Source: Octopus sinensis (lineage: Eukaryota). Taken from it: a DNA stretch of 22,010 bases. Below the pieces are notes generated by a model. The model ran no database searches. It saw only the letters and a list, made by a program, of their open reading frames with translations, and had not been told where the DNA came from. This document shows positions 9,466-20,344 of the stretch, one piece after another. Every line of letters starts with the position of its first letter. Position 1 is the stretch's first letter. A program made the translations under genes and the position numbers. The stretch spans positions 1 to 22,010 of the forward strand of contig NW_021837022.1 in NCBI RefSeq assembly GCF_006345805.1, read 5' to 3'.

Positions 9466-9610
9466 AACATGCCCCCCTACACAGATTCAATCCAGGAAAC
9501 ACGCATAAAGATGAAACACTCTCCAAGCCGTTCACTTTATAATTTGTTAAAATCATTAACATGGTGTCATTAGTGAGTGATGTGTTTTTGTTTTATTTCT
9601 CCTACACATT

Positions 9611-9738
9611 GATTTCAAATTTGCACAACACCAGCAATTTCAGGGGAGGAGTAAGTTGATTACATCGACCCCAGTATATAACTGATATTGATTTCATCGA
9701 CCCCGAAAGGATAAAAGGCAAAGACAACCTCGGCGGAA
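9611..9738 (-). mobile_element. tRNA-derived SINE S1 (variant tail), partial
   Basis: Reverse complement reads attccgccgaggttgtctttgccttttatcctttcggggtcgatgaaat...ctggggtcgatgtaatc, matching the + S1 at 9960-10075. Confidence 0.75.
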
Positions 9739-9871
9739 TATTTCTACTTACTATTTAATATTATTACGTTCATGCATTTTTGAAATTGGGTTTTAAACAG
9801 AAATTCTTCTATTTGGAGATGGTCGTCTGTTGCCAATGAAACACGCGCAATATATATTTGATATTCACTTT

Positions 9872-9872
<1 letters not shown>

Positions 9873-9907
<35 letters not shown>

Positions 9908-9908
9908 G
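9873..9908. repeat. (TTG)12 microsatellite
   Basis: 12 units here versus 5 at 21462-21476. Confidence 0.95.
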
Positions 9909-10260
9909 GTACGCCGGGCGAAACGATTAGAAGTATTTCGTCTGCGGTTACGTTCTGAGTTCAAATTCCACCGAGTCCAAATTCCACCGAGGTCGATATT
10001 GCCTTTCATCCTTTTGTAGTCGATTAAATAAGTACCAGTTACGCACTGGAGGCGATATAATCGACTTAATCAGCGTGTCTGTCCTTGTTTGTCCTCTCTG
10101 TGTTTAGCCCCTTGTGGGTAGTAAAGAGATAAGTATTTCGTCTCTCACTACATTCTGAGTTCAAATTCCGCTTAGATCGACTTTGCCCTTCATCCTTTCG
10201 GGAACGATAAATTAAGTACCAGTTACACACTGGGATCGATGTAATGGACTTGTCCTTGTG
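9909..10260 (+). mobile_element. Head-to-tail dimer of S1 SINEs (9909-10131 and 10132-10260)
   Basis: B-box-like gagttcaaattcc at 9957-9969 and again near 10157; shared body gtcga..ttgcc.ttcatcc...taagtaccagttac.cactgg; 17-bp internal tandem duplication near 9958-9990. Confidence 0.8.
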
Positions 10261-10276
10261 CTTCCAGTAGACAGGA

Positions 10277-10278
10277 TA

Positions 10279-10325
<47 letters not shown>
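10277..10325. repeat. (ATT)n microsatellite
   Basis: Direct inspection. Confidence 0.95.
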
Positions 10326-10327
10326 CT

Positions 10328-10545
10328 GAGGTTTAGCTGGCAGAATCGTTAGCACGCCGGGCAAAATGCTTGGTAGTAGTTCATCCATCATTAGTTTCTG
10401 AGTTCAAATCCCCCGATGTCAACTTCACATTTCAACATTTCGAGGTCTATAAATTAAATACCAGTTGAGTACTAGGGGCTATGTAATCGACTACTCCCCC
10501 CATCCAAGAATATGTCAGGCTTTGTGCTTATAGTAGGAACGACTA
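10328..10545 (+). mobile_element. S1 SINE variant with intact head, flanked by (ATT)n tracts
   Basis: A-box-like tagctggcagaatcg (10334-10348), ttagcacgccgggc, B-box-like gagttcaaatccc, tail gtcaggctttgtgcttatagtag. Confidence 0.75.
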
Positions 10546-10593
10546 TTATTATTGTTTATTATTATTATTATCATTATTATTATTATTACTATT
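10544..10593. repeat. Imperfect (ATT)n tract (SINE tail)
   Basis: Direct inspection. Confidence 0.9.
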
Positions 10594-10839
10594 AGTAAAT
10601 TCTTTCGTCTCACATACTGTGATCTCCTCAGCGACTCTCTGCACGCCTTTTTCTACTTATCCTGCTTATTCTGTATTAATTTATATTAAATGTCTACTTT
10701 TCTACTGTTTGTCAAGTGGTTTGTTTATCAAATAATTTATACTCGGAACAATTGTACAAACGGAATTTCCCACTTGGTGCAGCTATATATTTTAGTAATT
10801 GTTTGAATGAATACACGCACATACACAACTCACTTATAT

Positions 10840-10860
10840 GTTTGTGTGTGTGTGTATATA

Positions 10861-10901
<41 letters not shown>

Positions 10902-10926
10902 TATATATATATAATATATTATATAT

Positions 10927-10961
<35 letters not shown>

Positions 10962-11061
10962 ATATATATATAAGCAGAGTAGAAATATGTTAAAGAAAGA
11001 AAATATAAAATACACGTGGAAATATAAGGATAAAAGATGATATATGTATATATATATATAT

Positions 11062-11097
<36 letters not shown>

Positions 11098-11216
11098 TTA
11101 GTGGGGGGCAACCAGATCGAACCTTCCCAAGTGTTACTGCCCGAGATGGTCGTCACTTGTGGGACTTGACTGAGGAAAGAGAGCGTTATTTTTTTTACCA
11201 TTTATATAAGTATGTA

Positions 11217-11248
<32 letters not shown>

Positions 11249-11624
11249 TGTGTGTGTGGTATGTGTGTGTGTGAGTATGTGTGTGTGTGTGTGTGTTTCA
11301 ATCTATGTATTGAAGTTTCTGTTTGTTTATCTGTCTAATTATTTTTCGAATTGTCTCTCTCTCTCTCTTTGTCTCTTTCTTTCTTTTTTCTTTCCCTCTC
11401 TCTCTGTTCCACACTTTTCATTTTCTCTCTTACTCTCTCTCTCTCTTCTCTCTCTCGTCTTCGTAATGCTATTTTTAGTGTGCTGGTGCTGCTTGTAGGA
11501 ACTTTAATCATCATTATTAATGATGCCTTACCTTATGGCATTTTTTTACGCATGCTTGACACTTGATAATATTGTAAGCAATAATATCCTTATATATACA
11601 TATATATATAATACATATATGTAC

Positions 11625-11655
<31 letters not shown>

Positions 11656-11690
11656 TATATTTATATATATATATATATAATATATGCACT
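10840..11690. repeat. Compound microsatellite cluster: (TG)n/(TA)n, (GA)n, (GT)n, (CT)n, (TA)n
   Basis: Direct inspection; accounts for ORFs 10830-11201, 11037-11498, 11351-11566 and 11520-11735. Confidence 0.92.
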
Positions 11691-12087
11691 TATACACAGG
11701 GATGTATGATTGTGTATAGGAGAATATATTACTGAAAGAAATTCCAACTTTGATTTTCATGATTTATTTACAATCGTATAATAATATATGATAAGATAAG
11801 ATAACATAATGAAGCGATAGAATATTAAATATCCACTCTGATTGAACTAGTACTTTCATGCATTCTTCAAGTTGTATAAAAATAGTTATTGTCTGCATCA
11901 TTCCAAAGAGAAATAAAGTCTCCATAAAGTGTAAAAGTTAGAAATAATTTGTATGGTGTTAGTAACAAAATATTTTGTTAGAAATAGGATTATTATCATC
12001 GGTCTTAAATTTAATCTCGCCAGTGTAGATATGTGTGTGTATAAATATCAATTTTAAATATTTACAGGAAAGTAGCAAAATTGATTA

Positions 12088-13240
12088 CATTTACAATGCC
12101 GGTTTCAAATATGACTTCAGTATTAATTTTTTACAGAAATTAGAAAAGGTTTATCCACTTATCTGAATATTCTATTACCTCATGAAAGTTTATTGTCTCA
12201 TTTTGGGGCTTGTATCGGATAAGAATACTGACAAAAGTACACATATTTTATAACCCCTTATGTGTTTTTTTAACGGCAGTGTCAGTATTTTCTGAATTGA
12301 AACCGCGATCTCGCTATCGCGAATGTAACACCGTTAACAGCGTGGTCATTCGCCTTGGACACCAATTATATTATTTAACATATTATATGACATAGGTGGG
12401 ACAGCATCCCAGAATCCTTCTTATTTACTAGGCGTTTTCCCGAAGCAACACCCACTGAATTTACATGGATCCCGAGAAAAATCTAAGCGTTACTCCTAAG
12501 TGATGTCTCTTGTCAGCTAACGATATGGCGTTGTATCACGTAATGATAGAAAGTCTGACGCAGAAAATTGCGTTGTTTGATGTGGTGATACAGTCTGAGA
12601 ACGAGGCCAATTTTAGGTACATATCTTTGTTTGTTTTTTTGTGTTTTACTTAGGGTGTTGATGTCGACGTTGTTGTTTGCCCTGACTGATCGTAATTTTG
12701 CACAAAGGCATTCCAATTATACCCTACTAATTATTTTTATTCAAACATTAGCAACCATGTTCTCCATTGTCTAAAATAAGAGTGTGTGATTGGAAAGAGA
12801 TTTCGCAGGTATCTCCAGGTGTTTGATGGAAAACATTGTAAACATATCTGCGTCACAAGTCAATGTTTCCTGATTGAGTAAAGCTATGGTCAGAGGACAT
12901 CCAGTCGTCATCTTCCCATCCATTTAGTTATATAGCATTGTCTCCGTCTCTAGTTGAGCAGGATTTTCCATGAATTCAACTGCTTCAGCACACATGCAAC
13001 CAAAAACCCATAGGACACTTGTGTGTAGACCACTAAATACATGCTTCCACCACCACCTCAGATCTGAATGCTCTCGCCATCTTCCCATCCCCGCAGGACT
13101 TTCGAATGAAAAAATAAGTTGTACAGTTAAAAAGTATAGAGCTTAAATTAAAAAGATAATATTAAACAAGAATATCCAAGCAAAATAGTCGGCAATGCCT
13201 GTACACAATGCCTGTACACAAATTTACAAATTGCTTTGCA
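12088..13240 (-). pseudogene. GT92 pseudogene A, copy 2 (most complete remnant, ~1.15 kb, apparently intronless)
   Basis: Motifs in the expected order across frameshifts: hydrophobic N-terminal stretch (~13110-13190), AVEFMENPAQLETETMLYN (~12927-12983), TQSGNID, HTLILD (12769-12786), NWNAF (12704-12718), KLASFS (12596-12614), FLSL..T, FLGIHVNSVGVASGKRLVNKKDSGMLSHL (12393-12480), EVIEYSDKWI (12152-12181). Confidence 0.62.
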
Positions 13241-13254
13241 GCGCTTCTTTCGGC

Positions 13255-13630
13255 TATTCGCGTTCTGAGTTCCTTTCCCGCCGAAGTCCCCTTTGCATTT
13301 CATTTCTCAGAGGAGCTGAAGTCCAATTAGTCGACTGACCACTTCCCCCACAAAACAACAACCACTGGCATTCTACCTAAGCCAGAGTAAACATTATATG
13401 AGCGGCAATCTAGGATTTCAGGACAAAGAATTGCTACGCGGTGTTATATGTAATCATGTATGGTTATCTAAAATGCATCGGGATATATATACATACACAA
13501 ACACGAACAAATATATGTGCGTGTATGTGTGTGTGGTTAAGTGTACCTGTGTGTGTATGTGAATGTGAATGTGTGCAAATATGTACGTTTGCGTGTGTAT
13601 ATATATATATAATATAATATATATATATAT
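13255..13630 (+). repeat. Flank X1, copy 2
   Basis: Paralog of 948-1310. Confidence 0.7.
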
Positions 13631-13824
13631 ATAGGCGTAAAGCCCTGTGAGTGATTTGGTAGACAGAAACTTAAAGAAGCCCGTCGTATATTGTATATAT
13701 ATATGTGCGTGTGTGTGTCTATATGTTTGTATGTGTTATTTTATTGGTCACTTTTGCCGATCCGCTATGTTAAGGGGGGGTGTTATGGTTGCTTGGAACC
13801 GAATGCTCACCGACAAATTATCGA

Positions 13825-14615
13825 CAGAAATTAAATAAGTTTTCTCCACTTATCTGAATATTCTATGGCCTCATATAAGTTTTTGATCGATTATTGGGAT
13901 GGCGATATCTCATTTCTCTAGTTACTAAAATGCAAACCCGACGAATTTCCCTCCTTTCCCAGAATATATTTCAGTTGGTTGTAAATTATGCTTGTTGTTC
14001 ACTGATGACAAGGCTATGATCAGAGGCGTTTCGGTCATGATCATCCCGTCCATTTACTTACTTCACAATATGTGTTGTGTTCTTTCCTTGGTTAAATCGG
14101 TAGGGTGTGAGACAATTGAATATCATTGTCTCAAATGCTTACGATAGGGCTGATAGCGCAAATGTTCAAGTAATGGACATTCACTAGTCCTGAAACCTAC
14201 ACCGACAATCATTATTCTAATACATCACATGATGTGGATGTTAATTTTTATAGATCTTTCCGAAATATAAGTCCGACCTTACTATCAAGATGAAGCATCA
14301 ATTTATTAAATGACATCTAGGATTGAATTATTCTGCTACTAGCAGAAGAATGAAAGTGATATTCTACGTGGTTTACTCTGCTCTGCATGTGTGTTTAGTA
14401 TATTGTAACCTTCATATACATGGGTTATCTCAAGTAAAACATAGCCTCGAATGTTTAGGGACGTCCAGTTCACCCTGTGTAACCTGCCACAGGAGTCACA
14501 CAGCAGATGCAGGTACTAGAGGTTAAAGACTGTACTAATTCCCTAAGTTGTTCACTTGAGCATCCGCATACCAATTTATTATTATTCGATATACACAAAA
14601 AACTTTAGATTGTCT
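13825..14615 (-). pseudogene. GT92 pseudogene B, copy 2
   Basis: Paralog of 1505-2270 with the same 394-bp deletion; retains ~15 bp (acgatagggctgatagcgcaaatgttc) that copy 1 has lost. Confidence 0.55.
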
Positions 14616-14627
14616 GAGTACGTTCGC

Positions 14628-14664
<37 letters not shown>

Positions 14665-14685
14665 TGTATATATATATATTAATGT

Positions 14686-15625
14686 ATATGTGGGCGTCTA
14701 TGTGCATCTGTGTGTGTGAGTACATGCACAAGTGTTCGGCTTTTAACATACACACACATACACACACACATGCACATACACACCACGCACACGATACACA
14801 TATTTGTATATATATATATATAAAAATATTCATACGCATTCAGAGATCTACACACACATATAATAGTGTATTCTCTTCTTTAATTCTTTTACTTGTTTAA
14901 GTCATTTGACTGCGGCCTTGCTGGAGTACCACCTGAAAAGCGTTAAGCCGAAGAGCCGAAGAAATTTACAGTTGGGCTTAGTTTTTGTAAGCCTGGTACG
15001 TATTTTTTTGAACGCTTTTGCCGAACACCTATGTTAAGGCGGGAGTAAAAGAACTGCTCTCAAGCTTGAACGGGTAGCAATCATAGTCACACAGACACAC
15101 ACGCACACAGGTAAACACACACACACACGCTCTCACACACACACGCGCGCGCGCGCACCACATATACACTCACAGACACACTCACACACACATATGTATA
15201 TATATATATATATAACGGATTTCCTTCGGGTCCGTCTACTAACCCACTCACAAGTCTTTGCTCGCCCGAGGTTATAGTAGAAGACACTTCCCAGGTTGCC
15301 AAGCAGGAAACGAACCTGGATCTATGTGCTTGCGGAGCAAGCTTCTTGCCACATAGCCACGCCTATGCATGTGTGTTTATGTAGACGTCTATAAAACAGG
15401 ATGAAGAGGACAATCAAATGTTAACTAATATTTTCTTACGTGCGTGTAACAACGTTATGGTTGCTGCTGGAACCAAATGCTCACCGACAAATGACTGTCA
15501 GGAACAACGTTATTCTATTAAGTTGCATAGTTATAGAAAGATAGAGAGAGATGGAAAAATAAATCATATAAATGTGTGTCTATATAAACGTTTTAAATCT
15601 AAAAGAAAATAACAAAACTCGATTT
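14686..15625. repeat. Flank Y1, copy 2 (contains a minus-strand S2 SINE, ~14883-15365)
   Basis: Paralog of 2365-3315. Confidence 0.8.
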
Positions 15626-15628
15626 ATT

Positions 15629-15935
15629 TATTCGCATTCTGATTTCCTTTCTGTCGAACTACCCCTGCCTTTCATTTCTCAGAGGTGCTGAAGTCCAATT
15701 AGTCGACTGTCCAATTCCCCACAAAACACAACCACTGGCAATCTACCTAACCCAGAAACCACTTATAGGCGGCAATCTAGGACTTTAGACGAAGAATTTC
15801 TACGCGGGGTCAAACGTAATCATGTATGGTTATATAAAGATGCATGAGGATATATATACATAAACAAACACGCACAAATATGTGTGTGTGTATGAATGTG
15901 TGCGCATATGAGTGTGTGTATGTATTTTCGTTTGT
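15629..15935 (+). repeat. Flank X2, copy 2
   Basis: Paralog of 3319-3630. Confidence 0.75.
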
Positions 15936-16083
15936 ATATATATATATATATAAATATATATATGTATATATATATATAAATATATATAGATATGTATATA
16001 TATATATATAAATATATATATGTATATATATGTATATATATATATATGTATATATATGTTATATATATATATTATATGTATAT

Positions 16084-16117
<34 letters not shown>

Positions 16118-16125
16118 ATATATAT
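15935..16125. repeat. Interrupted (TA)n tract
   Basis: Direct inspection. Confidence 0.95.
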
Positions 16126-16129
16126 GATG

Positions 16130-17009
16130 TATATGTGAGCGTGTGGTCTACATGTGTGTTGGAAATCATGCACATGTGTACGAGGCAAAACACTCACACA
16201 CAGACACACACACACACATATATATATAGGTATATAAGTACATATTTATATATTCATACGCATTTATATATATACACACACACGCATGCGCACACACACA
16301 TATAAAGGTGTATTCTTATTCTTAAATTCCTTTACGTGTTGAAGTCATTTGCCCACGGTCATGCTGGAGCACCATATCAAAAGCCTTTAAGCCCAATAAT
16401 TGACATCAGAGCTTATTCTTTGTAAGCCAAGTACTTATTTTGCCGAACCGCAATGTTAAGGAGGGGCCTTAAAAAACTTGCTGTCAAGATATGAATGGGT
16501 AACAAACATAGTCGCAAAGACAGAAACACACATACACAAACAAAAACAACTCACACACCACACACAAACACATATATGCTTCAATATATATAGATACATA
16601 TAGAACGCCTTCTTTCGGTTCCGTCTACCAAATCCACTCGTAAGGCTTGGTCGGTCTGAGGTTATAGTAGAAGACACTTTCCCAAATTGCCATGCAGTGA
16701 AACTGAACCTGGAACTATCTGCTTGTGAAGCATGTTTCTTACCACACAGCCACGCCTATGCATATGTGTTTATGTAGAAGTCTATATATAGGATGAACAG
16801 GACAAAGAAATGTTTAAATAATAATTCTGACGTGAGTGTAACAACGTTATGTTTGCTTGGAACAAAATGCTCACCGACAAATGACAACGTTATTCTATTA
16901 AGTTGCATAGTGAGAGAAAGATAGAGAGAGAGGAAAAAATAAATCATATATACGTGTGTGTGTAGATACAAATGTTAAATCTTAAAAGAAAAGTAACAAA
17001 AATTGATTT
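16130..17009. repeat. Flank Y2, copy 2 (contains a minus-strand S2 SINE, ~16325-16757)
   Basis: Paralog of 3905-4805. Confidence 0.8.
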
Positions 17010-17837
17010 ACGTTTATAGAGCCGGCCCCAAATATGACTTCGGTTTGAATTTTTGACAGAAATTAAAAGTTTTATCCACTTATCGGAATATTCTATTGCC
17101 TCATATAAGTTTTTTGTCTCAACCTTCCAGCTGCTATCCGAAAAGCATACTGAATGAAATACCCTGTTGTAATAATTCTCTAATTATTTTTAAAACGAGA
17201 GTGGCAGTATTTTTTCTTGATGTATGTGATTGGCTGAATTCTTTAATATCCGGAAAATAATCCATTTTCCAGCTAGTCACCATTCCTACACGTCGAGTGT
17301 TGAAATGGTCGCTGTGCAACATAAGATGAATTGTACTGCGCACAAAACATCACTCGTCCCAGTATCTGAAATCACGACCTTAATCACGATTTCATGTCCT
17401 CGACTTCTATTATATTACCAAAACTTTATTTTTCATATGGCGATATCTGCTCAAAGACACGACCTCATCTCTCGAGTTACTAAAATGCAAACCCGACGAA
17501 TTTCCCTCGTTTCGCAGAATATATTTCAGTTATTTGTAAAGAATGCTTGTTGTTCAATGATGACAAGACTATGATCAGAGGCGTTTCGGTCATGATCATC
17601 CCGTCGATTTACTTACATCGCAATGTGTGTTGTGTTCTTTCCGTGGTTAAGATGGTAGGGTGTAAGACAATGGAATATCATTGACTCAAATGCTTAAGAT
17701 AGGGCTGATAGCGCAAAAGTTCAAGTAATGGACAATCATTAGTCCTGAAACCTACACCTGCAATCATTATTGTAATACATCACATGATGTGGATGTTAAT
17801 TTTCATAGATCTCTCCGAAATATAAGTCCGACCTTAC
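17010..17837 (-). pseudogene. GT92 pseudogene C, copy 2 (additional 83-bp deletion)
   Basis: Paralog of 4806-5715; the sequence at 5235-5317 is missing at junction 17439/17440. Confidence 0.6.
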
Positions 17838-17839
17838 AA

Positions 17840-19070
17840 TTGATTTTTGCTTAGAAACTCTGTCTCCCTTTTCAGCTTCCTTTCAGCAACCATAACCATG
17901 TCTCAATATTACTATTTCCTGCAACTATCTTTGCCAATCGACATTGCCATACATTCTCTTGTCAGTTAGATTATCTTCCTACTTTTTTTATTGTTTTAAT
18001 TTCATTTGGCTTTTTCCTTTCCTATCTCCTACTATAACTCAGGCAAATCATAAATTTTATTCATTATTATATATATCAACTCTAGCTAACACTACCCTAC
18101 TTTCTGCTGATATTAAACCGCTTCCACCTTCGTTATTCTAAGTAAGTGCAATCTTGCTCTTCCTAATCGAGGCTGAAGTCCTGTATTCATATTGAATTCC
18201 TTCCTAGTTCTTCTGTCTAGATTTGCTAATTCAGATCATTTCCAATCAACAAATTCTGCTGAATACTGAAGTAACGACACTTCCCAAAGTTTTTACAACC
18301 TTTACTAGATTTAGAACCCTCGCTTTCCCTTCATTAGCTTCTTCAAACTTCCGATGTACTCCTTAGCTATTTTTGTTTTCATTTCCATTGTTAGTACCAC
18401 TCTCAGATTCTAATACTCCGAAGCACTTATGATTCTCTGCCTTCAGTGATATTACTTTCTTGCTATCTGGCCTTCACTGCTGACTCCCTTTTCTGTGTGA
18501 ATTCATGTTAAAAGTCTCTACATTTGGAATTTGCCTGGTTTTTGTCTATTTTGGATTTTATGTAGTTAGTTATGAATGCCTGATCGTGTGCGGTTGCTTA
18601 CAAACACTGTCTCCCTTTTAATTTTCCGTTCTGAAGCCATATTATCTGTAAGTGTCCCTTGGCTATTCTTTCGTACCTTTCTGTTCCACTGGTGCTTTGT
18701 AATTTATTTCCAGGAAATCATACACCTAATTAGATATTATTCCTGTCATCAGCTTCCACATGAGGGGCAGACAGGTGATAGGCCGGTGATAATCCACTGC
18801 ATTGCTTTGTTGGGATTATTTTGGCAAAGAATTGTTTGACTTTTGCTCAGCCTCCTTGGGATTTGTACCCCGTTGTTGATCATTTTATATATTTGCTTGG
18901 CTATTCTTCTGTGTACTGCTGGGGAAATTTTCAGCCAATATCCTTGTACGCTATCCGGTCCTGGGTATTTCCAGTTTGGCGATTTAATCACTCTGGCCCA
19001 CATTGGTAGTCAAATATACAATGAGGCGACAGGTGTTTATACATCTGCTTTTACTCGTCCTTAATTACTA
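17840..19070 (-). mobile_element. R4/Dong-like LINE fragments, copy 2, with ~540-bp deletion of the RT core
   Basis: Paralog of 5720-7490; ORF 18749-19003 gives NWKYPGPDSVQGYWLK; junction tgact-ccctttt-ctgtgtgaattc at ~18485-18492. Confidence 0.88.
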
Positions 19071-19543
19071 AACAATACTCTCCTCTCTCTCTTTCTCTCT
19101 CTCTCTCCTCTAATAACTTAATTAAATTTAACTCTCTATAATTATCTACGATGACTATGCGAGAATTTGTATGTGGGTGTGTCTGTGCGTACAAACAGAC
19201 ATTTATCTGTCCATTTCTAAACTCATACGTATGGATGTGTATGTATGGCCGCTTAAGTGTGTGTATCTGACTGTGTGTATATCAATAGGAATATGCCACT
19301 GCATATGTGTCTTGTGTGTGTCTGTGTGTGTTTGCATATGTTAGTGCTGTGTGTTGTGTATGTCTCTCTCTCTATGTATGTGTGTGTATACATGCATCCT
19401 TTTAACCCCCAAGTCAAACACACCCTTCACTATATAGACTATCTCTATACTCTCATATATTTCTCATTCGCCCAATAATAGACTCTTCCAGGCCTTCCAA
19501 ATCTGATTCACTTTCTATTCAAAGATGCAACTGTTAATTTCCA

Positions 19544-19915
19544 TTATCCTTTGCCAGGGACTTTCCTGAAAACTTTACTAACTCTTCGATCACGAAAATA
19601 CCAGACACATTTATCTGAGAACTCCATGGTTTTCCCAAAAGACTGGGACGAATAATATCCTCGATTAAGGATATTATGCATTTCTGCATTTTCTTTTATC
19701 TGTGCATATTTGTAACCACTCTGCACAGTTCTTTTATTTGTTTCAGCCATTTCACTGCAGCCATGCTGGAGCAATGCCTTTTTCACCGAACTTATTATTT
19801 ATAAGACTTGTACTTATTCTATGAGTCTCCTTTGCTGAACCACTAATTTACATGGACGTAAACTCACCAACATCGGTTGTAAAGCGATGGTGGTGGACAG
19901 ACACAGACACAAAAA

Positions 19916-19949
<34 letters not shown>

Positions 19950-20335
19950 ACTTATATTATAAATTATAAAATGAATGTTCTTGAAAAAGGCTAAATGTTT
20001 TTCTTGCTCCTAATCTGTTATAATTTATGTCCCTCCGCTCAATGATCAACCACACCTTAAACCCATGATACCCAATTTCTGCACCACATTTTTCTGTTCA
20101 AGCCGGTGTTTTAGTGGTAAACCAAACTGAGCAGTCACACTACATACGACCTTTTACATGATTTTCTTTTGTATCAACGCTAAGGTATAATATATACTTT
20201 TATGTGGCTTTGGGGAGTGGCATGAACGGATTTCTTCTATTTGTATGTATTTCAATTTCTCGGGTAACGAACAATTCCTTTAACGAACATGGCTCGGAAA
20301 GGATTATGTGTATATATAGAGATGGCACTGGTTTG
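19544..20335 (-). pseudogene. Tentative GT92 remnant D, copy 2 (with S2 tail ~19730-19945)
   Basis: Paralog of 7977-8745; ORF 19544-19786. Confidence 0.33.
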
Positions 20336-20344
20336 AGAAGTTTT

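Larger units (their letters stand above)
9..10449. repeat. Tandem segmental duplication, copy 1 (portion with a visible partner; full period ~12.3 kb)
   Basis: aattgaaaccgcgatctcgc at 9 recurs at 12295; colinear match continues to cgaggtcta (10441-10449 = 22002-22010). Identity judged by eye is roughly 86-99% depending on the patch. Confidence 0.97.

Noticed and set aside
8941-10545. tRNA-like A/B boxes that might indicate tRNA genes
   Set aside because: They are heads of multi-copy SINEs followed by SINE bodies; no cloverleaf or anticodon arm could be built.
11479-11573. Candidate + strand exon: long CT tract, ttttag or ttgtag acceptor, hydrophobic VLVLLVGTLIIIINDALPYGIF, att|gtaagc donor
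   Set aside because: All three frames contain a stop between either acceptor and the donor. Only an assumed 1-bp error in the T7 run (11541-11547) would open it, and no protein family was recognised.
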